Origin: a virus
Taxonomy: Duplodnaviria; Caudoviricetes
DNA: 53,443 bases
Direction: 5' to 3' (one strand)
IMG/VR virus record: IMGVR_UViG_3300005747_000096
Coordinates: 1-53,443 of that record
This document shows, piece after piece, positions 37,951 to 47,893 of this stretch; position 1 is the stretch's first letter; each line of letters starts with the position of its first letter. Both the position numbers and the translations under genes were made by a program. The notes under the pieces were generated by a model. It saw only the letters and a program-made list of their open reading frames with translations, was not told where the DNA came from and did no database searches.

Positions 37951-38329
37951 TGAAGCTGCCAGAAACCGTGCTAAAGAGTTTTGGGAAAGCCAAGGATATA
38001 CCTGCACGGATCACGATGATGAATATGATGTAGATCTTGTAGTAGAAAAGAACGGTAAGCGGTTTTACTGTGAGGTTGAGGTTAAAACCGTCTGGCATGG
38101 CAAAGACTTTAAGTATAATACCATTCATATTCCTGTGCGGAAGGCTAAGTTCTTAGGTAAACCTACGCAGTTTATGGTCTTTAATAACAGCCTTACCCAT
38201 GCTGCCGTAATAGGTCGCAAAAAGGTGCTAAATGCGACTAAAGTAGACGTGCCTAACAGAAAGATTGCCTTTGGCGAAAAGTTCTTTGATATACCGAAAG
38301 AAGATGCCATATTTGTGCAAACTATATAA
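37910..38329 (+). CDS. PD-(D/E)XK nuclease-like protein
   Basis: Likely start MYKAFQ at 37910 (AGGA RBS); 'YDVDLVV..FYCEVEVK'. Confidence 0.65.
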   Translation: MYKAFQSKDFNKYDEAARNRAKEFWESQGYTCTDHDDEYDVDLVVEKNGKRFYCEVEVKTVWHGKDFKYNTIHIPVRKAKFLGKPTQFMVFNNSLTHAAVIGRKKVLNATKVDVPNRKIAFGEKFFDIPKEDAIFVQTI

Positions 38330-38364
38330 AAGAAAAAGCCTCAAGGCGATTGACCTCAAGGCTT
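38328..38364 (-). terminator. Intrinsic terminator for the minus-strand structural arm
   Basis: Minus strand AAGCCTTGAGG-TCAATCG-CCTTGAGGCTT-TTTCTTTT (pairs fully with G-U only on this strand). Confidence 0.7.
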
Positions 38365-38384
38365 AATTTTTATATAACAGAAAG

Positions 38385-38452
38385 TGAATTGAACCTTGGT
38401 CGGTTCCAATTCGTTTTAGATTGAACCCTCAGATTTAGGTCTGGGGGTTTTT
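38385..38452 (+). ncRNA. Candidate trans-antisense sRNA against early-gene RBSs
   Basis: TTGACC-N17-TATAAC (38350-38378); hairpin GAAUUG-AACC-[UUGGUC]-GGUU-C-CAAUUC; terminator AACCCUCAGA-UUUAGG-UCUGGGGGUU-UUU. Confidence 0.6.
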
Positions 38453-38455
38453 CTA

Positions 38456-41400
38456 TTATCCATCCCCGCCAAAGATACGACTACCAAACTGTTGCATGTC
38501 TCTATCCATACCAAAGCGAACATCTTCTTGTCCGTATTCATCTTGCTCAATAACCCGCATTTCATAACGCCCTGTTCGCACTGCAGAGTTAATTGCTAGG
38601 CTCATTGCCTGTCTGAATCTGGGTTCTGGCGAGCCATCTGCGTATTGCTTAATTGCTTTAGAAAAAGCTTTGGGGTCAGTAACCGCTATAGCTAACACAT
38701 GGGCAGCTACTTCTTTTTGTAGCTTTTCCTTTTCAGCAATCGGCGCTGATGTTAATCGCCGTAGCATAGCGGCTGTTGGGTTCATATAACCTGCAGTCAG
38801 GAGAATGGCGGTTGATACAGCATCCCTAATATCATTATTTATTACAGTATCAGATCCAGCCTGTGCTACTTTCATGCGGCTTGGAATACTGGCATCATAC
38901 AGAACCCCTAATGTTTGCAGCACAGATTCTTTCATCAAACCGTTTTCTGATGCGTCTGCAGGGAATACCAAATCAATAGACTTCATTAGGTTTGATGCAT
39001 CATCAGAGGACAGTTTATTTACTTGTCCAAGTGCTATAGCTTTTTTGCCTTTAGATGTGGGAGTTGCCCCAGTTAGTTTAGAACCAACCGTATCAAGTGC
39101 CACTGCCTGCAAAGCTTCAAGTGCTTGCTTTTTCTGATTACCTTCAAGCAGAGCAACACGATCCAAAACGGTTTGTATTTTATTAGCGCTATCTGCACCT
39201 GTCATAATGCTGGATAATACATCCCTTGCATTAGACACCGGCCGTAGAGCAGTCGGCCCTTGTGCATCTAGACCTAATGGTCTTCCTGGTTCGTCGCTTA
39301 TAAGCTTGCCGATTATGCTTTCTTGCGCTTGTCTGGCTTGTGCCTCAAGCTGCTCTTTAAGCGTGTCATTAGCCAGAACCATATCGCCCAGATTTCCACG
39401 GGCATCTTCTATCTGTTTTACTGCCTCATCTAATTTAGCAAGAGTTGCAGTATCCCCAATATCAGAAAGTTTCTGCCGAATACCCTTGAAAGCATTTACA
39501 ACCATTGCTTCTGTTTGAGGATTATCACCAGACATTGCTATAGCTTCACGTAGCTGTTGAGTGGCGTTGGCTACAAACAAATCACCAAATGCGCCATCTA
39601 GTTCTCTGGGAGATCTAACCCCGTCCAACATGAAGTCTAATTGGGTTCTAAGCAGACCTGTCGTATCTGCAACTACCTGATCAGAAAATACCTGTCCTTG
39701 AGTACCAGCGTCTACTTCATTTCGATCAAGTGGCCCTGGAATCTCGCCTCTAGGATTTGTTTCAGGATCAAACGCACGTCTGGCCCCTAACTTATCTTCT
39801 AGTGCCCGTGACTCTTGAGAGTTTGAAAATTTAGCCTTTGCTTCTTTAAAAACGGCATCCGCATTACGATACTGGTCAGCTATATCAGGATAAGTATTAA
39901 TTACATGCGCCATCTGACCGCTGTCAGCGTCAGTAATATGATCTCTGAATTCTATCAGTCTTTTTCTTACTTCGGGGTCACCGCTATAAGAGTCAATCAC
40001 GCTGGATAGGTTTTTCTTAATAGCATACAGATCTTTAAATTTAATCTGATCTGCAATCCTATTGGTAATCTGTTCTGGTGTTTCTCTTGCTACGACAATA
40101 GAGGCCTCTTCACCTGCTATAGGTAAAGGGTCTGGGATACGTTTAGTAACATTAGCATCAAAGGGCGCAATGATAGCCCTAAGAACATCCCCTGCCTTGC
40201 GCCCAGACTCATCCATAATATTAGAAGCAGCAACAACCTGATTAAGTTTGCTTTTTAGCAATGCCGCATCAATCGGGGCGTCAGGTAAGTTATCGTAAGT
40301 TGCAGCTACATTATCAAAGGTATCTTTGAACGTCTTATAAACGTCATTGGTAAATATCTCTTGGACAACATCCCGATACTTTTCGGGATCTGTATTGAAT
40401 ACTGTCGAACTACCCAACATGTCTTCAATGATTGGATTTTGTTCTACAACCTTAGATTGTTGTGAGAGTAGCTCATCCGTTTGTCGAGTAACATCGGATA
40501 CTTGTGTTCGTAGGCCTGCCATTTCAGTATCAACATCGCCTACAACATCTTTTGCTAATCTCTGTGCAGCCTGATCCACGGGGCCGGTAGTAGCATTCGG
40601 GTCTATATTTCTACCTTGCCTAGCAAGTTGATCTGCACTTTGGTTTATAAACCCTGCTACCTCAGTAGCCGTTTTATCTACAGATGACGCCACAACTGGA
40701 TTAGATAATTGGCTTCGCATCAGACCAATCATAGCAGAGGACATTCTTGCGGCTTCTTGCTCTACAAACTCATCATACTCAACCTTGGACATGGTATCCA
40801 TTAGCTTCTGGTTTGCTTCACGCACGTAAGCCTCAGAGGCCCGTAGCATAGCAACAGATGTGTCCGCTTTAATGTCCGCTTTAGATTGGCCCAGCGCAAC
40901 CTCAATAACAGAGTTATTGTTTAGCTTTTCAGCCAACAGATATAGTCTGCGCTTTGTTTCATCCGCAGAAACTTCGAATATCTTGGGATCAAGGTAGGTA
41001 ATAATTCCCTTTAATGTATCATCTTCCGCAGCCCGTGATAGTACATTGTTGTTCAGTAATTTAGTTGACTCACTGACTAACTCTTTACCTTTCCCATAAA
41101 CTGGGCCTATTACGTTTTTACCAACTGCTAATATACCGTCGAATGCGCCGTTGAGAAACAAGCCATCCAAGAACATGGAAACATCTTTGGCCTGTTGCTC
41201 ATTAAGAAAGGTTCCTTGCAGTGTGCTAGGAGTAATCAATAAACCAGTATCACCTTCCTTTGACATTATAGTTTCAACAATAGAAGTAATTAATGCATCA
41301 TCATATATTTGTGCTCTTTTTGCTAATTTCTCTCCACCTTTTACATAGGGAGATACAAATTTTCCTACATATCTAGACGCCCCTACCATTGGAATTACAG

Positions 41401-42100
41401 GCGCTGCTATAGAAAGCAAATCGGTAAACAATTGCTCACCGCCCTGCATTTGATAGTCGGCTATGTTACGCTCTAAGTTACTTTCCCCAGTAAACTTCCC
41501 TTCTGTAACAAGGCCCCCAAATTGCTGGAATATATCCTTACCTGCCTGCTCAACAGAACGCCCAAAAGCGGAACTTGCAGGATCAGGTATTTTAAATAGA
41601 TATTCTTTATTTACTGTATTTCCGTTTTCATCTTCTTCGGTAACTACTTTTGTGTAGAACCGATTAGAACCATCTTGGTATCCTGTATTATTATATATTT
41701 CCTGAGAGCTTGTATTAAACTGTGCTACTGCTTCATCATATTCAGCAAGAGCTTTTTGATTGCTTGTTAGTACACCACTTTCTGGATCTGGTGCTTTTTC
41801 AAATACAGAGGCAACTTTAGCCCCAAGAGGATAATCAGGGTATTCTCCATATAATCCTTCATAGGAAAGGCTGTCTCTTTGTGAACCTGCGGATTTAACT
41901 TCTTCTGTTACATCCCGTGAAAGCCCAGCGCCTGATGTAGGCTCACGGGTTTCTGTTTCAGATAAACCAAGTCCATCTAAATCAAGCGAGGGGTTTCGTT
42001 TTAAAAGTGCATCAAGTTCAGGATCTAGAAGATTTTCATCCTCTTCTTCCTCTAACCCAAGAGCCTTTAAATCTAAGTCTTGAAGTGTGCGCTCTGCCAT
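38456..42100 (-). CDS. Large internal virion (ejection) protein
   Basis: 1214 aa, helical, last gene of the structural arm. Confidence 0.7.
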   Translation of the reverse strand: MAERTLQDLDLKALGLEEEEDENLLDPELDALLKRNPSLDLDGLGLSETETREPTSGAGLSRDVTEEVKSAGSQRDSLSYEGLYGEYPDYPLGAKVASVFEKAPDPESGVLTSNQKALAEYDEAVAQFNTSSQEIYNNTGYQDGSNRFYTKVVTEEDENGNTVNKEYLFKIPDPASSAFGRSVEQAGKDIFQQFGGLVTEGKFTGESNLERNIADYQMQGGEQLFTDLLSIAAPVIPMVGASRYVGKFVSPYVKGGEKLAKRAQIYDDALITSIVETIMSKEGDTGLLITPSTLQGTFLNEQQAKDVSMFLDGLFLNGAFDGILAVGKNVIGPVYGKGKELVSESTKLLNNNVLSRAAEDDTLKGIITYLDPKIFEVSADETKRRLYLLAEKLNNNSVIEVALGQSKADIKADTSVAMLRASEAYVREANQKLMDTMSKVEYDEFVEQEAARMSSAMIGLMRSQLSNPVVASSVDKTATEVAGFINQSADQLARQGRNIDPNATTGPVDQAAQRLAKDVVGDVDTEMAGLRTQVSDVTRQTDELLSQQSKVVEQNPIIEDMLGSSTVFNTDPEKYRDVVQEIFTNDVYKTFKDTFDNVAATYDNLPDAPIDAALLKSKLNQVVAASNIMDESGRKAGDVLRAIIAPFDANVTKRIPDPLPIAGEEASIVVARETPEQITNRIADQIKFKDLYAIKKNLSSVIDSYSGDPEVRKRLIEFRDHITDADSGQMAHVINTYPDIADQYRNADAVFKEAKAKFSNSQESRALEDKLGARRAFDPETNPRGEIPGPLDRNEVDAGTQGQVFSDQVVADTTGLLRTQLDFMLDGVRSPRELDGAFGDLFVANATQQLREAIAMSGDNPQTEAMVVNAFKGIRQKLSDIGDTATLAKLDEAVKQIEDARGNLGDMVLANDTLKEQLEAQARQAQESIIGKLISDEPGRPLGLDAQGPTALRPVSNARDVLSSIMTGADSANKIQTVLDRVALLEGNQKKQALEALQAVALDTVGSKLTGATPTSKGKKAIALGQVNKLSSDDASNLMKSIDLVFPADASENGLMKESVLQTLGVLYDASIPSRMKVAQAGSDTVINNDIRDAVSTAILLTAGYMNPTAAMLRRLTSAPIAEKEKLQKEVAAHVLAIAVTDPKAFSKAIKQYADGSPEPRFRQAMSLAINSAVRTGRYEMRVIEQDEYGQEDVRFGMDRDMQQFGSRIFGGDG

Positions 42101-44496
42101 TACTCTGTTCCCCTTGGAAACTGTCGCTCAAGAATATCTACGGGCAGGTTGAACTTTTTAGAAATCATTCCAATTACAGTTGTTCTATCTGTTGTATTCA
42201 AACCTGCCAGTTGATCTTTTGCTGCTTCATATTGAGGGCTGTTCAGATAATTATTCAGTCTTATTTCAATACCTTGAGCAGGATTACCTGTGTTTATTGG
42301 AATAGATCTTGTATTCATCCATTCAATTGCTGCTACGATATCAGGGCTTCTACTTTCCATAAATGTATCGAAAGGTACTAGAATATCTTTGTAAGCGGCT
42401 TCGTAACCTGGCCGTTCAGCTATAATACCTAACTCTGGTTTAGTTTGAATATTATCGTGAACATCCCGTGCATCTGCATACGCTGTACCGACCAAGCCTC
42501 GTAAGTTTTCAGAAAATGCGCCATATGTTGATCCCTGTATTATTGTCTTATAGGCATTTTCAAAATCAGCATCTGTAATTCTATCTTGGTTCAGGCCAGA
42601 TGTTGCGTAGATATAGGCAAGTTCAAATGCCCTTGATTGAAATTGTCCATATAATCGTGCTTTATCCCTAACTTCATCGGGCGCATTTTCTAAGTCTAAG
42701 GCTACTGCCCTATTAAATCCTCTGCGTATTTCTTCTTTAGTATTTCCTCTAAAGTATGAATCCAATTCCCCTACTTCAGCCCGTAACCTTTCTAGAACTG
42801 AAGGGAATCTACCGCCCACAAATGTAAGAACTGATCCATCCGATTGCTCTACTATGCTATCAAGCTCTTTAGATCTTCTAAGTAATAAGGTCGTATCATT
42901 TCTCTGTTTAAGAATTGGCGTGGTTGTGGCGGTATTTATTCTAACAGCATCTTTTACCGCTTCATTAAATTCGGCGGCACTTCCGATACTATCTGGTTTT
43001 ATTACTTCAACAACGGTTCCATCTTCTAAAGTCTCTGTTCTACTAAAAGATCTTCCCAAGGAAGGGTCGTAGAAATCACCATTCTCTTTTAATTCAAGGG
43101 CCTTACGCTGATAGCTTTCTCCTCCATCTATAGAAACTTCAGCAAAATATGTCTCACCAGTAAGACCTAATGCCTCTGTATCTTTCTGTATCTTTGCCAG
43201 ATGAGTGTTAAGAGCAGCTATAACTTTAGCTTTTTGATCATCTGAAAGATTAGTAGAATTTTCTGCCTTAGTTATCTGAGCCACTGTTGTTCCAACAGAT
43301 CCGATTCCAGATAACCAAGAATCCATATCAACAGGACTTTCGACTGCATTCATTGCCTGGATATCGTCGTGCAAGGCTTTTTGTTGTGGGTTTTGAAGGT
43401 CTAAAGATTGAGCAAACCTACTTCTTTCTGCGGGAGATAGTCGTGCGATTGCTAATTTTTCAGATGTAGACGCACCTTCAGGTCTAGGCGGCTTAATGAT
43501 AAATGTTTCTTGTGTTCGATCCCCAGCGGTACTGGTTTCCTCTAGGCCCCCTGCCATAGCATGTGTTCTAGCGTAGTCCGTTAGGCTGGTTCCGTTGGAG
43601 TCTTTTTCATTGTACTTGCCATCCGTAATCAGGAACTGTTTCAGGCCGCTCTTACCACCTAAATGCGCTACAGCCACTAAGCTAGACTCGGTTAATGTGA
43701 CGCCATTAATCTCCGTGCCTATAAACTTATCCAAGCCTTCGGATTTGATGTATTGTGAAATATCCTTAAAGTGCCAATCCGCAATCTTCTCTTGCTCGGC
43801 TTCGGGCATATTCAACATATCTTTGGCGGTATAATTCGTACCGGCAACTGCATTATAATCAGCTAATCTAGCGTCACCGAATTGATACCGCCCCGCAAAC
43901 ATTTTACCATCAGGGTTAATATTCTTAGCTGTAAGATCCCCGCTGCCACGGCTTTCAGTATTAGCAAGGCTTTTCCGTACACCTTTAGGTTCCCGTGGCC
44001 CCTTCAGGTCGGACATAGATTCCTTAAAGGCCTCGTCCATCTGTGCTTCTATCTCAGGTGGCTTCGGCCCTCTATTCTTGTACAGACTATTAGCGGCTAC
44101 CTTACCTAGCCTTCCATCTTTAATAAGGCTCTCGTACATATTACGAGTACCATTCACATCATCGCCGTTAATTTCTAGTTCACCATAGACGTGGTTAGTA
44201 AAATTTGTGTTGTTAGGATCTAAGCCTATGCCATTTACGATAGACTTTGCGGCCTTTAGCCGTTGTGCATTCTTTTTCTCTTCAGCTTTTTGTTCTGCCA
44301 GAGCTTCTTCCCGTTTTTTCTTACGGTCGGCCTCTTCTTCAAGGCGCATCATCTGCTCTTGCTTGAATCGGCCTTCCATACCCGCACCAATCGAGCGGAT
44401 TAAAGAACCAAAGCCCTCATCAACAGCACTTTTCTTTTTAGGAGCGTAGCTGATCTTACCTGCGTAAAAATCCCGTTCTACATCACGCCAACCCAT
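42100..44496 (-). CDS. Internal virion protein with lysozyme/transglycosylase-like domain
   Basis: 'LANTESRG...FAGRYQFG...VAHLGG'. Confidence 0.7.
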   Translation of the reverse strand: MGWRDVERDFYAGKISYAPKKKSAVDEGFGSLIRSIGAGMEGRFKQEQMMRLEEEADRKKKREEALAEQKAEEKKNAQRLKAAKSIVNGIGLDPNNTNFTNHVYGELEINGDDVNGTRNMYESLIKDGRLGKVAANSLYKNRGPKPPEIEAQMDEAFKESMSDLKGPREPKGVRKSLANTESRGSGDLTAKNINPDGKMFAGRYQFGDARLADYNAVAGTNYTAKDMLNMPEAEQEKIADWHFKDISQYIKSEGLDKFIGTEINGVTLTESSLVAVAHLGGKSGLKQFLITDGKYNEKDSNGTSLTDYARTHAMAGGLEETSTAGDRTQETFIIKPPRPEGASTSEKLAIARLSPAERSRFAQSLDLQNPQQKALHDDIQAMNAVESPVDMDSWLSGIGSVGTTVAQITKAENSTNLSDDQKAKVIAALNTHLAKIQKDTEALGLTGETYFAEVSIDGGESYQRKALELKENGDFYDPSLGRSFSRTETLEDGTVVEVIKPDSIGSAAEFNEAVKDAVRINTATTTPILKQRNDTTLLLRRSKELDSIVEQSDGSVLTFVGGRFPSVLERLRAEVGELDSYFRGNTKEEIRRGFNRAVALDLENAPDEVRDKARLYGQFQSRAFELAYIYATSGLNQDRITDADFENAYKTIIQGSTYGAFSENLRGLVGTAYADARDVHDNIQTKPELGIIAERPGYEAAYKDILVPFDTFMESRSPDIVAAIEWMNTRSIPINTGNPAQGIEIRLNNYLNSPQYEAAKDQLAGLNTTDRTTVIGMISKKFNLPVDILERQFPRGTE

Positions 44497-45043
44497 CTTG
44501 AGGCTCCTCTTCGTTATTATTCATACCCAACATACTGGCCTGTTCTTCATCCGAAGAACTCATTGCCTCTTGCGGAGAAGGGGTTCCCATCAAACCACCT
44601 GTCCTCATAGGCGGTGGTGATGGCGGTGCTGCCACATCAGGATCTTCATCCTCTAAAATGCCCAGCGCCATTCTTAGGCTCGTGGGAGTAATCATTTTGT
44701 CTTTGTCGGTAGACGGAACCATCTTGTGTTTGATCCCAGCCTCTTTAGCTATTATTTCCATGTATCGGGCTACCGGCCCTGCAATGAGAATTGCTAGGTC
44801 AATGGATACCTTCCCTTTGGATATCCCTTGCATCAGTAGGGAACCCGTCAGACTAGCGGCGTCCATCTTTAGCTGCAGCATGGACATTACCAAGTGTTGT
44901 TGCTCTGGCTCATTCAACTTACTGATAAAATAATCTACCGCCTCATCGTAGTCGGTATATTCTGGCGGTCTGTGCCAAGGATAATTTCGGGTATCGGCAG
45001 TGAAGTTTGCGCCGGGAATAGGTGCATCAATTGGGAGTACCAT
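44483..45043 (-). CDS. Conserved virion-associated protein
   Basis: 'DAPIPG..T..RNYPWHRPPEY'. Confidence 0.65.
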   Translation of the reverse strand: MVLPIDAPIPGANFTADTRNYPWHRPPEYTDYDEAVDYFISKLNEPEQQHLVMSMLQLKMDAASLTGSLLMQGISKGKVSIDLAILIAGPVARYMEIIAKEAGIKHKMVPSTDKDKMITPTSLRMALGILEDEDPDVAAPPSPPPMRTGGLMGTPSPQEAMSSSDEEQASMLGMNNNEEEPQDGLA

Positions 45044-45208
45044 TTATTCTTCTTCCTTTTCGACTTCGCCCACCAGTTGCTCCTCAAGCTGGTCAAAATA
45101 ATCAGGGGTGTAGACTAGGCCACCTTCCTTCAATCCATTGGAGTTGATAGGCAGTTTACCATCAAGAAACCGCTTCACTGACTTCACTACTGCGTGTTCA
45201 AACTTCAT
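45044..45208 (-). CDS. Small protein (54 aa, not in ORF track)
   Basis: MKFEHAVVKSVKRFLDGKLPINSNGLKEGGLVYTPDYFDQLEEQLVGEVEKEEE. Confidence 0.6.
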   Translation of the reverse strand: MKFEHAVVKSVKRFLDGKLPINSNGLKEGGLVYTPDYFDQLEEQLVGEVEKEEE

Positions 45209-47474
45209 TGTTTATCATCCCGTAATTTACTCGGAGGTAACCGTCCTCGCCTTGAGTCACGGCGTGTGGATGTGTTTTCAGGACTTCTTGGGCCAATACA
45301 CCAATGCTAGGATGCTGGTCTGCGCCTAATTCCTTGCCCTTATCGTTCCAATCCCAAGTGTAGTAATTTACATTGCCTATGGTCGAATAATGCTGAATGT
45401 TTTCTTTAAGTCGGGTGTCTGACCAATCTAACCAATCTCTATCAAAGGTATCCACTAGATCGACTTCTAGTGCCCCATCATCAAATGGATTAAGGTCAAT
45501 ATCGCCCTCAAGAACATTTTCCACTGAATCTACCAGATCTACTTCAAGAGCTTCGCCCTTCCCAAATGGATTAGCGTCTAAAGCCTCTAAGGCGGCTACT
45601 GCAGCAATTGTTGCGGTTACTGGGTTTGAAAGAGAGAGAAGACCTATTGCTTCATCTGACACATCACTTGTATCGCCGCCGCCGGTAAATAAATCCACGG
45701 CCCCACTTATAAGATCTTCTGCGCCACCAATAAAGTCGATGCCTTCGCCATCGCCACCAACAAGATCCTCAAAGCCGCCAATAAAATCTATTCCGTCACC
45801 ATCGCCAATTCCGACTGCCCCTAGAACAGAATTTACCCCATCCATTATGCTGCTTGCAGTGCTGCCTACCCCATCCTTATAGATAGAAGCGGTTAAAGCC
45901 GTACCCGCCAGACCAATAAGGGCTGTCATAGTTTCACTCATGCCGCCACCCGCTTCGGCATCAGCCTGCGCCCGGATTCCTGCCATTAGAATATTAGCAT
46001 CACGATCCGCATCGCTGTTGTAATTATTTACTGTGTGATCCAGTAGACTATCGACCCGATCCCACATTTGGTTCATCGCCTCTTGGCTTAGATCCAATCC
46101 ATTACGAACATCCTCAGTTTGAGCGTCAAAGGCTAACTCAGTATTTGTCTCGGCTACGGATTGCCGCCATTGGGCATTGTCGGAGTCAATCTGGTATTGC
46201 ATGTCTGCATAGTACCGCTGCCGACTGTCTTCCATTTCGGCTTCAAACTCAGCGCCATCGTTTAGTTCACCCGCATTAAACCGTTTGATTTGATTAAGCT
46301 GCTCAGAACGATGCATTTGAATATTGGCATTCAGGTTATCGTAATACTTCGTAAAATCGTTTTCTTGTTCAGTATCAAAGCGTCTAGCCACATTGGTTTC
46401 GGCGGCATCTGATAGCATTACGTCTATACGTTCTTGGGTATTAATAATCTCTGCTTCCTGCTCAAGATCCAAGTTCTTTAGATCCATTTGCAAAAAGGCA
46501 TCAGCGTTGTTTACCGCCGCAGTTTCCCTAGCTCCTAGATTGGCTACCTCAAACTTAGCCAAAGTTTGCGCTTTGTTAATAATCGACTCTTGGCGATTGT
46601 CTAAGTTTTCCGTAGTCAGCGTTTGGAAAAAAGCTGCCTCATCCTTTGATATGCCAATCGTCGCTTCCATAATAGCGTTTGCCATCGCTGCAGTCGCTGC
46701 AGTGCCTGACATACCATCAAAGGCTATACTGCGTTTTAGCATACGGGCAGTACTTTGCGCCCACGGTGGGATAACAGGCTCACCAGTATCAGGGTCTTTA
46801 AACTGACGGCTTATGATATCCATCTGACCAGCAATCGTGGCCTTGGCGTCAGTGTAGTTTCCCTCTCCCAATTCTTCCGCAAGTAAACGGCCAGAAGTTG
46901 TAGAAGTATCAATAATGGTGGAGAAGTTCTGAGTAGCGTATTGGTTTAGGGCAGCACCGGTCTGGTTAACTGTGCCATCTTCGTTAACGCCAGTAGCAGC
47001 CGCATCGATGTCAATTTCTATATCACTGGCGTCTATAAGCGCATTAGAATCCTCAGTGATCTCACCCTGTGCCGCATTGACCGTAGTTTCAGGAGTTCCT
47101 AGTGAACCTTCTACAGTCTCAACATTATCTGAGTAACCTGCCGCATCAGGAATATCAGTAAATTCATTAGCTAATTCAGCATCGTCTTCATCTACCGTAT
47201 TCGTATTATCTATGACTAGATCGTCGCCTAGATCATACCGCTCATCAGTAGCATCAAGATTTGTTCCCGTGGCGTCTGCATCTAGCTCAGTATAATTATC
47301 ACTTACCAGAAGATCATTATCAGCCAAAAACGTATTAGGATCATCGGCTAATGACTGTATATCAGTATCCTGATCAGTCATGCCAACGTCATCCATCGCA
47401 CCGTCGAGATCGAAGATGTCTTGGTTTTCTGTTTCATCCTCTATGGGTAGGATTGTCACATCATCTTCAGCCAT
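45198..47474 (-). CDS. Internal virion protein with C-terminal peptidase S74-like chaperone domain
   Basis: Acidic N-terminus, helical core ('PPWA'), C-terminal 'SDTRLKENI..YTWDWN..GVLAQEV..VNYGMI'; likely start MAEDD at 47474. Confidence 0.7.
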   Translation of the reverse strand: MAEDDVTILPIEDETENQDIFDLDGAMDDVGMTDQDTDIQSLADDPNTFLADNDLLVSDNYTELDADATGTNLDATDERYDLGDDLVIDNTNTVDEDDAELANEFTDIPDAAGYSDNVETVEGSLGTPETTVNAAQGEITEDSNALIDASDIEIDIDAAATGVNEDGTVNQTGAALNQYATQNFSTIIDTSTTSGRLLAEELGEGNYTDAKATIAGQMDIISRQFKDPDTGEPVIPPWAQSTARMLKRSIAFDGMSGTAATAAMANAIMEATIGISKDEAAFFQTLTTENLDNRQESIINKAQTLAKFEVANLGARETAAVNNADAFLQMDLKNLDLEQEAEIINTQERIDVMLSDAAETNVARRFDTEQENDFTKYYDNLNANIQMHRSEQLNQIKRFNAGELNDGAEFEAEMEDSRQRYYADMQYQIDSDNAQWRQSVAETNTELAFDAQTEDVRNGLDLSQEAMNQMWDRVDSLLDHTVNNYNSDADRDANILMAGIRAQADAEAGGGMSETMTALIGLAGTALTASIYKDGVGSTASSIMDGVNSVLGAVGIGDGDGIDFIGGFEDLVGGDGEGIDFIGGAEDLISGAVDLFTGGGDTSDVSDEAIGLLSLSNPVTATIAAVAALEALDANPFGKGEALEVDLVDSVENVLEGDIDLNPFDDGALEVDLVDTFDRDWLDWSDTRLKENIQHYSTIGNVNYYTWDWNDKGKELGADQHPSIGVLAQEVLKTHPHAVTQGEDGYLRVNYGMINNEV

Positions 47475-47718
47475 TGATATTATCCCTTTCGGCTTCGCAT
47501 CGCCTGATACGATCACGTAAGTAAATGTAGTTTTTCATCGCTTCCTCTATCGCCCGACTATCAGGTGGAAGAGCTTCGATTTCGTCTGCTAATTGATTGT
47601 TAAATCTGTCATCGTACTGCGCCATCGAAGGGCAGTAGACCTCAAGCTGCGTCCTATAGACCGTTGTTACGCAGCCGGTCAGTGACAGAGCGACGATCAG
47701 TAAGGGTATCGCTCTCAT
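47467..47718 (-). CDS. o-spanin-like lipoprotein
   Basis: Signal peptide with lipobox LTGC; overlaps the upstream i-spanin candidate. Confidence 0.75.
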   Translation of the reverse strand: MRAIPLLIVALSLTGCVTTVYRTQLEVYCPSMAQYDDRFNNQLADEIEALPPDSRAIEEAMKNYIYLRDRIRRCEAERDNING

Positions 47719-47893
47719 GTTCTGCCATATTTTTGTAAAAATCAGAGGCCTTTGTCTGTGCCTCTAATTCGTCCTCAAGGACTTTGGTTTTCTCTTTAGC
47801 TCGTCCTTTGACCTGACCCATCACGTAAAGGATAGGTAAGGCCAGAGCTAAAGCGCCTATTGCGTAGGACTTTATTTTGGAGAAAAGCATCAA
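47654..47893 (-). CDS. i-spanin-like protein
   Basis: N-terminal TM plus coiled coil; follows the endolysin. Confidence 0.7.
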   Translation of the reverse strand: MMLFSKIKSYAIGALALALPILYVMGQVKGRAKEKTKVLEDELEAQTKASDFYKNMAEHESDTLTDRRSVTDRLRNNGL

